Source: an uncultured Candidatus Saccharibacteria bacterium | GTDB lineage: Bacteria > Patescibacteriota > WWE3 > UBA101185 > 2-01-FULL-41-18 | Length of the DNA stretch: 64,000 nucleotides | Reading direction: 5' to 3' | Assembly: GCA_964636285.1 (NCBI GenBank) | Contig: CAZWQF010000002.1 | Span: 9,669-73,668 of the forward strand | In this document: piece by piece, positions 50,867-61,105 of the stretch | How the letters are laid out: every line of letters starts with the position of its first letter | Position numbering within the stretch: position 1 is the first letter of the stretch | Notes under the pieces: generated by a model | What the model was told of the DNA's origin: nothing | Seen by the model: only the letters and a program-made list of their open reading frames with translations | Databases searched by the model: none | Program-made: the position numbers and the translations under genes

Positions 50867-51718
50867 TCATACGATTTTATCAAGGTGACAGCGTTTATAC
50901 TTCAACCCTGAACCACACCAACATGGATCGTTTCTCCCAATATGCAGATTTGGCTCAATATATCTGTTATAGGGATTACCAACTAATCTAAATCCACCTT
51001 TTTTTGAATCTATCTCTATAATTCCCCCAACAATCTTAAAATTTCCGATAATTTGCGCATTACCAATTTTCATTTTGGATTTCTGAAGTGTTATCAATTG
51101 GTTATTAAACCAAAGCTTCCCCAAAATTTCGATAGGAAAAACGCTCGCATTAATTTTTAATGAAATCTTGTACAAAGCGCTACGAATAATTAATAAATTG
51201 TACGAGTATTCCAGATCCCAAATTACATTTGTTCTTGCAACCCACTCGTTATCTACAATTTCTGCAACTAGCTCATTCTTGGCATCATATAACTTCACGT
51301 TTAACAATAACGTGCCGTGAGATGTTTGCCTTACGCTTAATAAGTGCTCGTTATCTATTTTGATTATTGTTCCTGGGCCAGAGGAAAAAGTTGAATTCCC
51401 CAACTTAAGATCACAATTATCCTGTTTTACATGTAAATTTCCATTTACTAAATTACGTGTGAAATTGAATGGTTTTTCTTTGAATGCTCTTTGATCACCT
51501 TCACTCATTACCTTAACCTCATCATGATGATTTGGACATAAAATCATCATATCTTCTGGGCGAAAATGAGGATCTATATTGTAAGGGATGATGTGATGGT
51601 ACTGAAATATTGGATGACCACAAACACAACACCCATAACCTGCTTCGACACGTAATATGCGTTTAACAACCTCTGGAACTGGAGGTCTATTGATAAAATC
51701 GTTGGACATAGTGTGCAT
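50867..51718 (-). CDS. HNH endonuclease-like protein with C-terminal SEC-C zinc-binding motif
   Basis: N-terminal CCVCGHP...YHHIIPY...LCPNHHDE (HNH/His-Me finger). C-terminal NDPCWCGSGLKYKRCH (SEC-C motif). Confidence 0.6.
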   Translation of the reverse strand: MHTMSNDFINRPPVPEVVKRILRVEAGYGCCVCGHPIFQYHHIIPYNIDPHFRPEDMMILCPNHHDEVKVMSEGDQRAFKEKPFNFTRNLVNGNLHVKQDNCDLKLGNSTFSSGPGTIIKIDNEHLLSVRQTSHGTLLLNVKLYDAKNELVAEIVDNEWVARTNVIWDLEYSYNLLIIRSALYKISLKINASVFPIEILGKLWFNNQLITLQKSKMKIGNAQIIGNFKIVGGIIEIDSKKGGFRLVGNPYNRYIEPNLHIGRNDPCWCGSGLKYKRCHLDKIV

Positions 51719-51857
51719 ATATACTCACAATTTATTTAAATTTACAATCTGCTCTAGAGAATTCTTCAAAACTAATTGCAATTATTCTGTAGTTCTGGTA
51801 TATATCAGGCTAATTAAATAGATCATTCCTGACTGACTGCCCATAAAGCAGTCATTT

Positions 51858-52211
51858 TTGTTTGAAAGGGGGTGTTTTATGAAAAAGTTCATAACTTTCC
51901 AAGCAGTTGCATTAACGCTACTTCTAACAGCGACCCCTGTTTTTGCTCAATCTTCCGATGTCACTAAAATCCAAACATTCATTCAAAGTATCATTCAAGT
52001 TCTAGTTACCATTGCAGGTTTAACCTCAGCTGGCTTTTTTGTTTGGGGTGGATTTGGTTACATCACAAGTTCTGGTAATCCTGAAAATCTCGATAAATCA
52101 AAGAAAACGATATTTTATTCAGCGATTGGGTTAACAGTAGTTTTAGCTGCATTTGTTTTATCTAATATCGTTACTCAGCTTGCTACCTCTGCCTTTGGTG
52201 CTAGTCAGTAG
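51858..52211 (+). CDS. VirB2/TrbC-like conjugative pilin
   Basis: Signal peptide (ALTLLLTATPVFAQ) followed by two hydrophobic segments separated by GGFGYITSSGNPENLDKSKK. About 100-aa mature protein. Confidence 0.55.
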   Translation: MFERGCFMKKFITFQAVALTLLLTATPVFAQSSDVTKIQTFIQSIIQVLVTIAGLTSAGFFVWGGFGYITSSGNPENLDKSKKTIFYSAIGLTVVLAAFVLSNIVTQLATSAFGASQ

Positions 52212-52236
52212 TAATTAGTTTCCTGCTTGAAACTGT

Positions 52237-53529
52237 ATGCGTAAATTGACCCTAATATTAGGGGTACTATTATGCTTAATACTCACTCCATCAACCGCAT
52301 TTGCGGCTGATTCAGCTTCGGCTATTACTGACTTCACTAAAAATACCGTAAATATAATAAGCTCTATAGCATCGGTTGCGTGTGTCTTTTTTCTAATTAA
52401 AGGTGGTTTTACCTACATCACTTCAACAGGGAAGCCTGAAATACTGGAAGACGCTAAAAAGACAATTAAAAATGCGCTTATTGGTTTAATCCTAGTGCTT
52501 GGCGCAAGTTTATTAGTCTCTCTCATGCACGGAGCACTAAACCCCCAAGTAACTGATACAAGTCAAGCAACACTCAACCTTGAACAAATAAAATCAACAA
52601 CTCCAAGTGACGGGCTTACTCAGGTTCTTATTGATGCAGTCTCAGCCTTTGTTCAAAACCTTGTAGAAAGCGCTACAAAGCCTCTGCTTGATGGAATATT
52701 GTCTTACCTGACAACTACACCCTCTGTTCTAAATAACACGGTAATTAGAAACTTTTGGTTTGTCATGGTTGGTATTGTTGATTCACTCTTTATTGTTGTA
52801 GTGGCACTCTTGGGACTTAACTTTATGAGTGCTTCAAGTTTTGGTTTTGAAGAGATGGAGTTAAAACAGCTCCTGCCCCGAATTGGTATTGCCTTTCTTG
52901 GAGCTAATGTATCTTTGTTTCTAGCTGACTATGTAATTCTTACGAGTAACACTCTAATTAATGCTGTAATCACCTCAACTGGAGGGCTTAATAAAGCGTG
53001 GATCACTCAGGCTATTAATCCTGAAACTTTTATTACGGGTAATACTCCACTAATCACCCTAGTTTTCTTACTTTTGTTTTTGATTGTGAGCATAGTTTTA
53101 CTTTTTATGTATATCTCGCGCTTAATTATGGTTTGCCTTGGAGCAGTTTTATCTCCCTTTATATTTTTAATGTGGGCAATGCCTAAACTCTCAGATATAG
53201 CGGAAATTGCTATAAAATCATACGTTGCTACTGTTTTTGTCACTTTTGTCCATGTAGTTGTGATCCAGCTTGCTTCTGCCTTTTTAACTCTTCCAGAAAA
53301 TTCAAATAACGCCCTTTTATCGATTGCCATCGCCATTGGTCTTTTTATGTCGCTACTTAAAATCCCACCCATGTTATTTCACATGATGATGTATCAAACA
53401 AGAAGTTCAGGTATTAAAAAACTTGGAAGCCAAATAATCAATGTAATGACAACAGACAACGCTTCAGCAGTAAGCAGGGAAACAGCTAAGCAAGCTTCAA
53501 GAATACCAAGAAAGGTGGTTAAGCTATGA
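52237..53529 (+). CDS. VirB6/TrbL-like polytopic membrane protein with an N-terminal pilin-like module paralogous to the upstream VirB2-like gene
   Basis: N-terminal 100 aa align with the VirB2-like ORF (GGFTYITSTGKPEILEDAKKTI vs GGFGYITSSGNPENLDKSKKTI). At least 6 TM helices follow. Confidence 0.5.
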   Translation: MRKLTLILGVLLCLILTPSTAFAADSASAITDFTKNTVNIISSIASVACVFFLIKGGFTYITSTGKPEILEDAKKTIKNALIGLILVLGASLLVSLMHGALNPQVTDTSQATLNLEQIKSTTPSDGLTQVLIDAVSAFVQNLVESATKPLLDGILSYLTTTPSVLNNTVIRNFWFVMVGIVDSLFIVVVALLGLNFMSASSFGFEEMELKQLLPRIGIAFLGANVSLFLADYVILTSNTLINAVITSTGGLNKAWITQAINPETFITGNTPLITLVFLLLFLIVSIVLLFMYISRLIMVCLGAVLSPFIFLMWAMPKLSDIAEIAIKSYVATVFVTFVHVVVIQLASAFLTLPENSNNALLSIAIAIGLFMSLLKIPPMLFHMMMYQTRSSGIKKLGSQIINVMTTDNASAVSRETAKQASRIPRKVVKL

Positions 53530-54044
53530 GAACTACAGTAATCCCAGCACAAATCACAACCGTGGAAGACACTATTGCCGGAAACTTAAACCTCACTCAA
53601 ATTCTCATTCTCATGTTTCCCGTAATCTTTACGACGCTTTTATACGCACTGTTCCCTGAACCCATGAAAATAACCATTTATAAAATTGCACTTTCACTTG
53701 CTTCAGCGATGGTCTGCATAATTTTAGCTATCCGAGTTAAAGGCAAGGTTATTTTAAATTGGCTTCTTATTTTGACGACTTACTATGCCAGACCAAAAAC
53801 CTTTGTCTTTAATAAAAATGATGATTATTTAAGGTCTATGGATATGCCTATCGAGGTTAATGAAAAACCGCTCCCTGCAATTGAAATAAAAAAAGCAAGC
53901 GCACATACAAAGGGAAATCTTTCTCAAAATGACTCAGATATTGCCAAAGCTGAAAGCTTTGTTTTAAGTAAAAATATTTCCATTAGATTTAAGTTAAACA
54001 GGAAAGGAGGATTCAATGTCGCTTTTGAACCAGCTTCTTCATAA
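53526..54044 (+). CDS. VirB3-like small membrane protein (ConD/PrgI-type)
   Basis: Two TM helices near the N-terminus. Directly precedes and overlaps the VirB4-like gene, as in Gram-positive T4SS loci. Confidence 0.45.
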   Translation: MRTTVIPAQITTVEDTIAGNLNLTQILILMFPVIFTTLLYALFPEPMKITIYKIALSLASAMVCIILAIRVKGKVILNWLLILTTYYARPKTFVFNKNDDYLRSMDMPIEVNEKPLPAIEIKKASAHTKGNLSQNDSDIAKAESFVLSKNISIRFKLNRKGGFNVAFEPASS

Positions 54045-56428
54045 AGTCTCAACAAGAAGACAAATCAAAATAAAAGAAGTCAGAGACGGAATTCTGATTT
54101 TGCCTAACAATGAATACCGCAGTATTCTTGAAACCTCATCAGTTAATTTTGAATTAAAAAGTGAAGCTGAGCAGGAAGTACTTATTGATAACTTTCAAAA
54201 CTTTTTAAACTCACTGCCTCAAAAGTTACAAATAATAATTAGAGTCAGAGAACTTGATATTGATCGGTATGTTGATCGTATTACGCAAAGCAGATTTACA
54301 GAAAAAGATTCCACCTACAAAGAGCAATTAGAAAGTTATGGGAACTTCATGAAGGTATTAGTTTCAGGAAATAAAATACTTTCTCGCAGGTTTTTTATTG
54401 TTATTCCATATAAACCAGAGGATAAAGCCCATGACTTTCAGATTATTAAAGAACAACTTAATCTAAACAGGGATTTAGTGCTTCGAGGTATTGAAAAGCT
54501 TAGCATGAGAGCCAAACAACTTGATAGTCTTGAACTCCTTGATCTTTTTTATACGTTTTATAACCCACGTGAATCAAAAGTTATGGAGTTAAAAGGTCAC
54601 ACTATAGAAATGTTATTAAAAAACCAATATGCATAAACTATTCATAAATCTTCAAAAATTTAATATTTTAGATATTAAAAAAAGGAAAGCTAAAAAGCGA
54701 CTGGAACACAAAAAGGCACTTCAGTTTAACTTTGGCGAACAGGATCAAATTGACCTCATTTCCTATTCTGGGCTTAAAGAAGAAGCAAGCTATCTGCAAA
54801 TGGGAGAAAAAGTTGTTCGAACACTTTTTATCTCGGGTTACCCATATATTGCAAATACTGGTTGGCTTAATTTGCTTATTAACTTTAATCACAACATTGA
54901 TATTAGCTATCACATTGAGCAAGTTGACCCACAACTTGCACTCCCAAAACTAAATCGAAAAATCACAGAGCTGGAATCAACCAAACGAAACATGCTCAAA
55001 GAAGGCAGAGTGATTGGTTCTGAAGTAACCGATCCACTTGAGTCTGCCATAGAACTTAAAGACAAGATTCAAAGGGGTCAGGAAAAACTGTTTCAAGTTT
55101 CAATCTACATGACGATCATGTCAGACACTTTAAGTGAGCTTTATAAACTCACCACAATTTTAGAAACGATTATGTCCTCAAGACTTTTCTATATTAAAAC
55201 TGCCACTTTCCAACAGACGGAAGGGCTTCAATCAATTCTTCCAAGAGGTGAAAACATTTTAAAACAAAAACGAAACCTTGATAGTAGCTCAACAGCCTTA
55301 ACTTTCCCATTTGTATCATCTGAGCTTGTTCAAGAATCAGGCATTTTGTATGGGATTAACAAATCCAATAATTCGCTCGTTATTGTTGATCGGTTTTCTT
55401 TAAATAATGCTAACTCAATTATATTTGCTCAGTCGGGTAGTGGTAAAAGTTATACCGCTAAAGTTGAAATCTTAAGACAACTCATGCAGGGAACTAAAGT
55501 TATTGTTATTGACCCTGAGCGAGAGTACCAACAACTTGCAGCTTCTGTTAATGGAACTTACATCAAGCTTTCATCAAACTCCAAAGAGAAAATAAATCCT
55601 TTTGATTTTTCACAAAACACCATTGATGATTCAAATGATCTTTCCGAACACATTCAGGACTTAATGGAAATTATTTCACTTATGGTTGGATCACTGAGTC
55701 CTGAAGAAAGAGCCATCATTGATAAGGCAATTATTGAAACCTACAAACAAAACGGATTTTCCTTGCGTAGTGTGAAAAAAAATCAAAACAAAAAGTTTCC
55801 ACTTTTAAAAGATTTATACAAAACCTTAAAAAAACTTAACCAAACTGATCTTTGTAACAGACTTGAGCGGTATATAGAAGGCTCACTCTCTGAAGTGTTT
55901 AACTCCCAAACAAATATTGAGCTAAACAATAGACTCGTTGTATTTGATATCAAGGATTTAAACGACTCCATCAGGCAAATCATGATGATGGTGGTAGCCA
56001 ACTTTGTTCACGCTCAAGTAAAAACCCATCCACAAAAAAGAATTCTGGTTATTGATGAAGGCTGGATGCTTTTAGAACATCAAGAAAGCGCCAGGTTTGT
56101 TTCAAACCTCGTTCGAAGAGCGAGAAAATACTATCTAGGGGTTACCATCATCTCCCAACAAGCCAATGACTTTTTAAATAATGAGTATGGCCGGGCTATA
56201 GCCTCACAATCAGCTCTACGAGTACTTATGAGGCAAGACACTACAACCATCAAAAAAGTAGCTCAGGAATTTCACTTAAGTGAGTATGAAGAGCATTTTC
56301 TTTTAACTTGTGAACGAGGTGAAGCTTTAATTATTGCTGACCAAAATCACGTGGCTTTAAAAGTAGTCGCCTCAGAAAAAGAACACCCACTTCTTACCAC
56401 AGACCCGAAAGAGGTTTACGGACAATGA
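54016..56428 (+). CDS. VirB4/TraC/ConE-like T4SS ATPase, split into two ORFs (54016-54636 and 54629-56428) by an apparent +1 frameshift in an A-run (54616-54623)
   Basis: ORF1 has the VirB4 N-terminal domain (KEVRDGILILPNNEYRSILETSSVNFELKSEAEQEVLIDNFQNFL). ORF2 carries Walker A (FAQSGSGKSY) and Walker B (RILVIDEGWMLL). The combined length is about 805 aa, as expected for VirB4. Confidence 0.7.
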
Positions 56429-57021
56429 ACTATTTAGGTCTGGGTTTTACACTCTGGTTATTTAAAAATGAGCTTAAGTATGTAGCACTCGCTTTCCTGA
56501 TCATTCTTCTAATCCCAGTCTTTGCTGTATTTGTACTCACCCACGCAGGAATAAATCTTGTTTCAGATACACTTGTAAAAATTGATAAAACAACGCAAAA
56601 AATAGAGCTTCTTAATCCCAAGGGTGAACTATATAAAGAGCTTGATGTAACAACCTCATGGCCACTCAAAGGCTATGTCACTTTAGAATTTGGAGAATCT
56701 TCTGCCTTTCAGTTATTTCATACTGGCCTTGATATAGCTACATTCAAAGGCGATAAAATCATCCCCCTTATGCCTGGAAAAGTTATTTATGCTGGTGAAA
56801 TATCTTGGGGGTACGGAAAACATGTCATTATTGATCATGGTGACAACATCACAACCATATATGCACACCTTGATAAAATCTATGTCGTAAAAGGCCAACA
56901 AGTAGGAGCAGGTGAGGTAATCGGTACAGAAGGAGAGACAGGATGGGCAACAGGGCCTCACCTACACTTTGAGGTGAGAGTGTTTGGAATACCGGTTAAT
57001 CCTCTGAGTCTTTTAAGATAA
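56425..57021 (+). CDS. M23-family peptidoglycan metallo-endopeptidase (T4SS-associated cell-wall hydrolase)
   Basis: N-terminal TM. M23 motifs HTGLDIA and GPHLHFEV. Confidence 0.75.
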   Translation: MNYLGLGFTLWLFKNELKYVALAFLIILLIPVFAVFVLTHAGINLVSDTLVKIDKTTQKIELLNPKGELYKELDVTTSWPLKGYVTLEFGESSAFQLFHTGLDIATFKGDKIIPLMPGKVIYAGEISWGYGKHVIIDHGDNITTIYAHLDKIYVVKGQQVGAGEVIGTEGETGWATGPHLHFEVRVFGIPVNPLSLLR

Positions 57022-57069
57022 CAATATTCCATTTTGGCATATTACAAAATGGAATATATCATTTAAGTT

Positions 57070-57291
57070 ATGAGTAAGAGCATATATTCTCCAGATCAGA
57101 AAAATATTGCAAAGAAGCTAAAAGACGCGAGGCTAGAGGCAGGTATAGATCAAACCCTTGTCGCTAAAATAATGGGTAAATCTCAATCATATGTTTCAAA
57201 AATAGAGGCAGGACAAAGAAGGATAGATGTAGTTCAACTTAAAGAGTTTGCAAAGGTTTACGACAAATCCCTCGATTATTTTATTAAATAA
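57070..57291 (+). CDS. XRE-family HTH transcriptional regulator (candidate RM controller C protein)
   Basis: HTH (QTLVAKIMGKSQSYVSKIEAG). 73 aa, immediately upstream of the HNH REase candidate. Confidence 0.65.
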   Translation: MSKSIYSPDQKNIAKKLKDARLEAGIDQTLVAKIMGKSQSYVSKIEAGQRRIDVVQLKEFAKVYDKSLDYFIK

Positions 57292-57292
57292 T

Positions 57293-58387
57293 ATGACTAA
57301 AGATACTTCAATACAAAACGAGTTATTCAGTATTCAACAATTGGAAAATAAAGTAAGCCTTAACTTTGAATCCTCAACTACTGCAAATGAGTTCGGGAGA
57401 ATGGACTTTTACTCTAGACTCCTTCATTCTTTAAAGCCCGATGAAATGAGAATATGGAGGGAAGCAGACCGACTCGATTTAGAGATTAGAGGCTGGCCTA
57501 AAAATATTAAATGGAATCGAACTTCCGAAAAAGAGTTCGAAGGGAAGATTGCGGATCAAGGGAGCTTTGTCCTATCCAAATACTCTGGAACTCTTGAAAA
57601 GGCCTTACAAGGAACTTTACAAGGGATTGCTGCTGGAAACGGTACTCGTTTAAATGTGATTGAGATAGGTAATGTTTCAAATTGGAAAGAATATAAGTTT
57701 TATTCTAAGGCACGTACAATTGCCGCGTTATGTGTTCTCTATGATCTCGAGCCACATCCCAGAAATGATTTAGAAATAAATGTTCCAAATAATCTTCAAC
57801 CCCACTGGATTTGGCCTATTAACCAAGCTCAGGAGTCTGTTATAAGGGTTTATGGGGATCCCAGCAAAACAGCTGATGTTTTAAGGAATGAGGGTTGGAC
57901 TAGAGAAGGTAATTCAGCTGGTATGAAAGTTTTTAATCAAATAGTTGGTGGCGCACGTCAACAAATGTATCAATTGTTAAGGCAAGAGCAGGATATTAGC
58001 CAACAGGTTATGCGAACTAATATTCCAACCAGATGGAAAATGGAGTTATTCAGAAGTCAAGATTACACTTGTAGAATTTGTGGACTTAAGTATGACTATT
58101 CTTTATTATCCCCTGATCATAGAGTTCCAGTAATTTACCAAGCAGATGAACTAAATGAAGAAAACTATAAAATTAAACTTATGACACTCTGTAGATTCTG
58201 TAACCAGCAAAAACGAGAGGTTTGCAAGAGATTCCCACCAAACTATGTGTGGGATACAAGTCCCTGGGCTTATCCAGAGAAATTTGCTATTAAGAAAATT
58301 AAAAGTGAGATAAATCAGTTTGCTAAAGTCAACAAACTCTCTGTAGAAGAAATACTTAAACTAATTCAAGAAGAAGAAAACTACTAA
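57293..58387 (+). CDS. HNH-type putative Type II restriction endonuclease
   Basis: C-terminal HNH (CRICGLKY...SPDHRVPV...LCRFCNQQK) and a large N-terminal putative recognition domain. Convergent with two m5C MTase genes. The ORF track starts at 57248; Met at 57293 is the more plausible start. Confidence 0.55.
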   Translation: MTKDTSIQNELFSIQQLENKVSLNFESSTTANEFGRMDFYSRLLHSLKPDEMRIWREADRLDLEIRGWPKNIKWNRTSEKEFEGKIADQGSFVLSKYSGTLEKALQGTLQGIAAGNGTRLNVIEIGNVSNWKEYKFYSKARTIAALCVLYDLEPHPRNDLEINVPNNLQPHWIWPINQAQESVIRVYGDPSKTADVLRNEGWTREGNSAGMKVFNQIVGGARQQMYQLLRQEQDISQQVMRTNIPTRWKMELFRSQDYTCRICGLKYDYSLLSPDHRVPVIYQADELNEENYKIKLMTLCRFCNQQKREVCKRFPPNYVWDTSPWAYPEKFAIKKIKSEINQFAKVNKLSVEEILKLIQEEENY

Positions 58388-58426
58388 GCTATCAGATTCA
58401 ATTGGGAATGTTGTTCAACTGTTGAT

Positions 58427-59398
58427 TTAATTATGTAGTTCATCATAGTTACTAAAGTAGTCGTATATTACGCTAGCAATTGCTTGGGCTAGCCCGACTG
58501 GAACAGCATTACCTATTTGACGGTAAACCGAGGTCATTGCCCCATAGAATTCGAAATCAAGTGGAAAGTCTTGTATAACTGCTGTTTCACGACAAGATAA
58601 TCTTCTCTGATTGTTTGGATGATGATTTATCATCGCCCCACCCTTTTTATCACCTCTCGCAGTAATTGTTGGGGACGGCTTTGTTGGATCTATATAACGA
58701 TTGCTCAAGTAACCATTAAATTTAAGTTTAAATTTAGAATATTCATGGTTTTTTAAATTATGTGTCGAATTTGGTTCAGGTATCAAATCCAGAGCTTTCC
58801 CTACCGACACCCATTCAAGTGTCGTAGAATTGGGATTTTTACTATGGGTGGGTTTTGGAGGGAATTGAATGTTTGGATTTAAATCTTTTCTAATTCCCAA
58901 AATTAGAACTCTTTGTCTGGTTTGAGGCACACCATAGTCTGCAGCATTTACTAGTGCATATCGACAATTGTAACCGATCTCGGAAAAATCTTTCAAAATC
59001 ATTTTGAACACATCTCCCTTATTTAAACTCAGTATTCCCTTAACGTTTTCGGCAAGAAATAATTTAGGTCTTTTGTCTTTTATTATTCTTTTCATTTCCA
59101 AATAAAGTTTGTTCCTGCTATCGCTAGTGGAACGATTCATATTCGCGAGAGAAAACCCTTGGCAAGGAAAGCCTCCAATAATTATGTCTGTTTCTGGAAT
59201 ATCAGTAGAGCTAATATTCTCTATTCCATTCAGTACAATATGTTTTCCTAAATTCATCTCATAAGTCTTTACTGAGTCCGATTCATTGTCGTTAGCCCAA
59301 ATTATATTGAAACCAGCATTTTTAAAACCTAAATCCATACCTCCAGCTCCAGAAAAGAGCGACACAACAGTTGGTTTATTTTTGTGAAAGTTATTCAT
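58427..59398 (-). CDS. DNA (cytosine-5)-methyltransferase
   Basis: Motif I (LFSGAGGMDLGF), motif IV (GGFPCQGFS), ENV and the C-terminal QIGNAVPV. Confidence 0.85.
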   Translation of the reverse strand: MNNFHKNKPTVVSLFSGAGGMDLGFKNAGFNIIWANDNESDSVKTYEMNLGKHIVLNGIENISSTDIPETDIIIGGFPCQGFSLANMNRSTSDSRNKLYLEMKRIIKDKRPKLFLAENVKGILSLNKGDVFKMILKDFSEIGYNCRYALVNAADYGVPQTRQRVLILGIRKDLNPNIQFPPKPTHSKNPNSTTLEWVSVGKALDLIPEPNSTHNLKNHEYSKFKLKFNGYLSNRYIDPTKPSPTITARGDKKGGAMINHHPNNQRRLSCRETAVIQDFPLDFEFYGAMTSVYRQIGNAVPVGLAQAIASVIYDYFSNYDELHN

Positions 59399-60360
59399 AC
59401 GCTATCTATACTTCTCAAATACTTATTGTAAACTTCTATAACCTTCGCCCCAAGCAGCTTGGAATATTTTACTGGTACTGCATTACCTATTTGTCTATAC
59501 TTAGAGTTAACAGAGCCATAGAATTTAAAATTGTGAGGGAATGTCTGAATCCATGCAGACTCTCTTACAGTCATTCTTCTGATACCGTTGGGATGTGGTG
59601 TTGCATTTACCCCACCTTTGCCATTGCCTCTTGCCAATATAGTTGGACTAGGTTTGGAACCGTCGGTTGCTCTATGCCCCGTGAAGTTTCTGATCTCCAG
59701 TTTGTATTTAGTCCCCACATCTTTATCTGCTAACTCTCCAAACTTTTCAAGATTAATAAAGGCCTCGTTTACCGAAACCCACTTTTTAGTATTCATGTCT
59801 CCGTTTTCGGAATGTGTTTCGTTTGGATAACAAAGTTCAAAATTAGGCATTAGATCTTTTCGAGTGCCAAGGATTATCACTCTTTTTCTCATTTGAGGAA
59901 CACCATAATTAGCCATGTTAATTAATTGATATTTAACTGAATAACCTGCATTTGCAAAGTCATCAACTATTTTTTCTATCACCTTACCATTTTCTATATT
60001 CAGAATACCCCTAACGTTTTCAGCAACGAACCATTTTGGTTGTTTATCATTCACAATTCTTAGCATCTCCAGATAAAGGATATTCCTACTATCGTTTATT
60101 GATCTAAATTTATTAGCAACAGAAAATCCTTGGCAAGGAAATCCACCTACTATCAAATCTGGATCAGGAATATTTTCAGACCGAACATCGAGAATATCAG
60201 AGAGTATTATTGTATTGGTTTTGAGATTGGCTTTATACGTATCAAGCGAATCTTTATCATTGTCATTTGCCCATACTATCTCTAAACCCGCTTTTTCGAG
60301 GCCTAAATCCATACCACCGGCTCCACTAAATAGTGATACAACTTTTGGTGTCTTCCTCAT
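59395..60360 (-). CDS. DNA (cytosine-5)-methyltransferase (second, paralogous)
   Basis: Motif I (LFSGAGGMDLGL), PCQGFS, ENV and QIGNAVPV. Overlaps the downstream MTase by 4 nt. Confidence 0.85.
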   Translation of the reverse strand: MRKTPKVVSLFSGAGGMDLGLEKAGLEIVWANDNDKDSLDTYKANLKTNTIILSDILDVRSENIPDPDLIVGGFPCQGFSVANKFRSINDSRNILYLEMLRIVNDKQPKWFVAENVRGILNIENGKVIEKIVDDFANAGYSVKYQLINMANYGVPQMRKRVIILGTRKDLMPNFELCYPNETHSENGDMNTKKWVSVNEAFINLEKFGELADKDVGTKYKLEIRNFTGHRATDGSKPSPTILARGNGKGGVNATPHPNGIRRMTVRESAWIQTFPHNFKFYGSVNSKYRQIGNAVPVKYSKLLGAKVIEVYNKYLRSIDSV

Positions 60361-60399
60361 TTAATTCAACCTCCTAATAAAATCTTTACACATTTTGAA

Positions 60400-61023
60400 T
60401 TACAAAGCCCTTCTAATTAAGCCACAAAACTTTCCCCTAATTTCTATTTCGCCAACCTCAAATTGTCTTGGCCAATCTTTTAATCTAGAATTTGCTGCTC
60501 GAAGTTCTATCTTGTCGTTTAACATATAAAACTTCTTAAGAGTAGCTAATTCATTTCCATTATTCATAATGGCAACTACTGTATCCCCGTTTTGAGCAAT
60601 ACTTTGTGATCTAATGACTACAACATCACCGTCGTGAATTCCATCGTCGACCATGCTGTCACCTGAAACTTTTAATGCAAAATGACTTCCTGTCCCAGGT
60701 AAGAGGTCTATTGAAACTTTTATTGGCTCTGGGTTCTCAATGGGTTCTATTCCTGCTCCAGCAGAAATTTTACCAACAAGGGGTATTTCTTTAAAACCTC
60801 CATTTTCTTCGAAAACGGATATGCTTCTAGTGGACTTGGGCTCATATTTCAAAACACCCTTCTCTTTTAAAGCAACAACGTGCTTATGTACAGCCGATAT
60901 CGAATCAATCATCATCAACTTTCCTAACTCATCAAGTCTTGGAGGATATCCATGAAGTTTTATGTAAGCTTGGATGTGTGTGAATGCTTCTTTCTGCCTT
61001 TTGCTTAGGTTAGATATTGACAT
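60400..61023 (-). CDS. lexA: LexA-family repressor (wHTH + S24 peptidase)
   Basis: N-terminal wHTH, an Ala-Gly-like cleavage region (ISAGAG), the catalytic Ser (GDSM) and a downstream Lys (LKKF) typical of S24. Confidence 0.75.
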   Translation of the reverse strand: MSISNLSKRQKEAFTHIQAYIKLHGYPPRLDELGKLMMIDSISAVHKHVVALKEKGVLKYEPKSTRSISVFEENGGFKEIPLVGKISAGAGIEPIENPEPIKVSIDLLPGTGSHFALKVSGDSMVDDGIHDGDVVVIRSQSIAQNGDTVVAIMNNGNELATLKKFYMLNDKIELRAANSRLKDWPRQFEVGEIEIRGKFCGLIRRAL

Positions 61024-61055
61024 AACATGATTTCCTGATTTATATTAGGTGAAAC

Positions 61056-61078
61056 TGTTTCTCTATTATGGAGGAACA
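61056..61078. promoter_or_regulatory. Imperfect 23-bp palindrome TGTTTCTCTATTATGGAGGAACA between lexA and the CBASS-like operon (candidate LexA-type operator)
   Basis: 18 of 23 positions are self-complementary, with TGTT...AACA ends. Located in the short divergent intergenic region. Confidence 0.35.
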
Positions 61079-61105
61079 ATATTTATATGTCAAGAAAGAA
61101 TAACA

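Noticed and set aside
61049-61105. GTG start at 61049 for the Cap4-like gene (as in the ORF track)
   Set aside because: The first 19 codons overlap the palindromic putative operator and lie only 25 bp from lexA. The in-frame ATG at 61106 begins exactly where the Mrr-domain homology starts, so the shorter start is preferred (uncertain).
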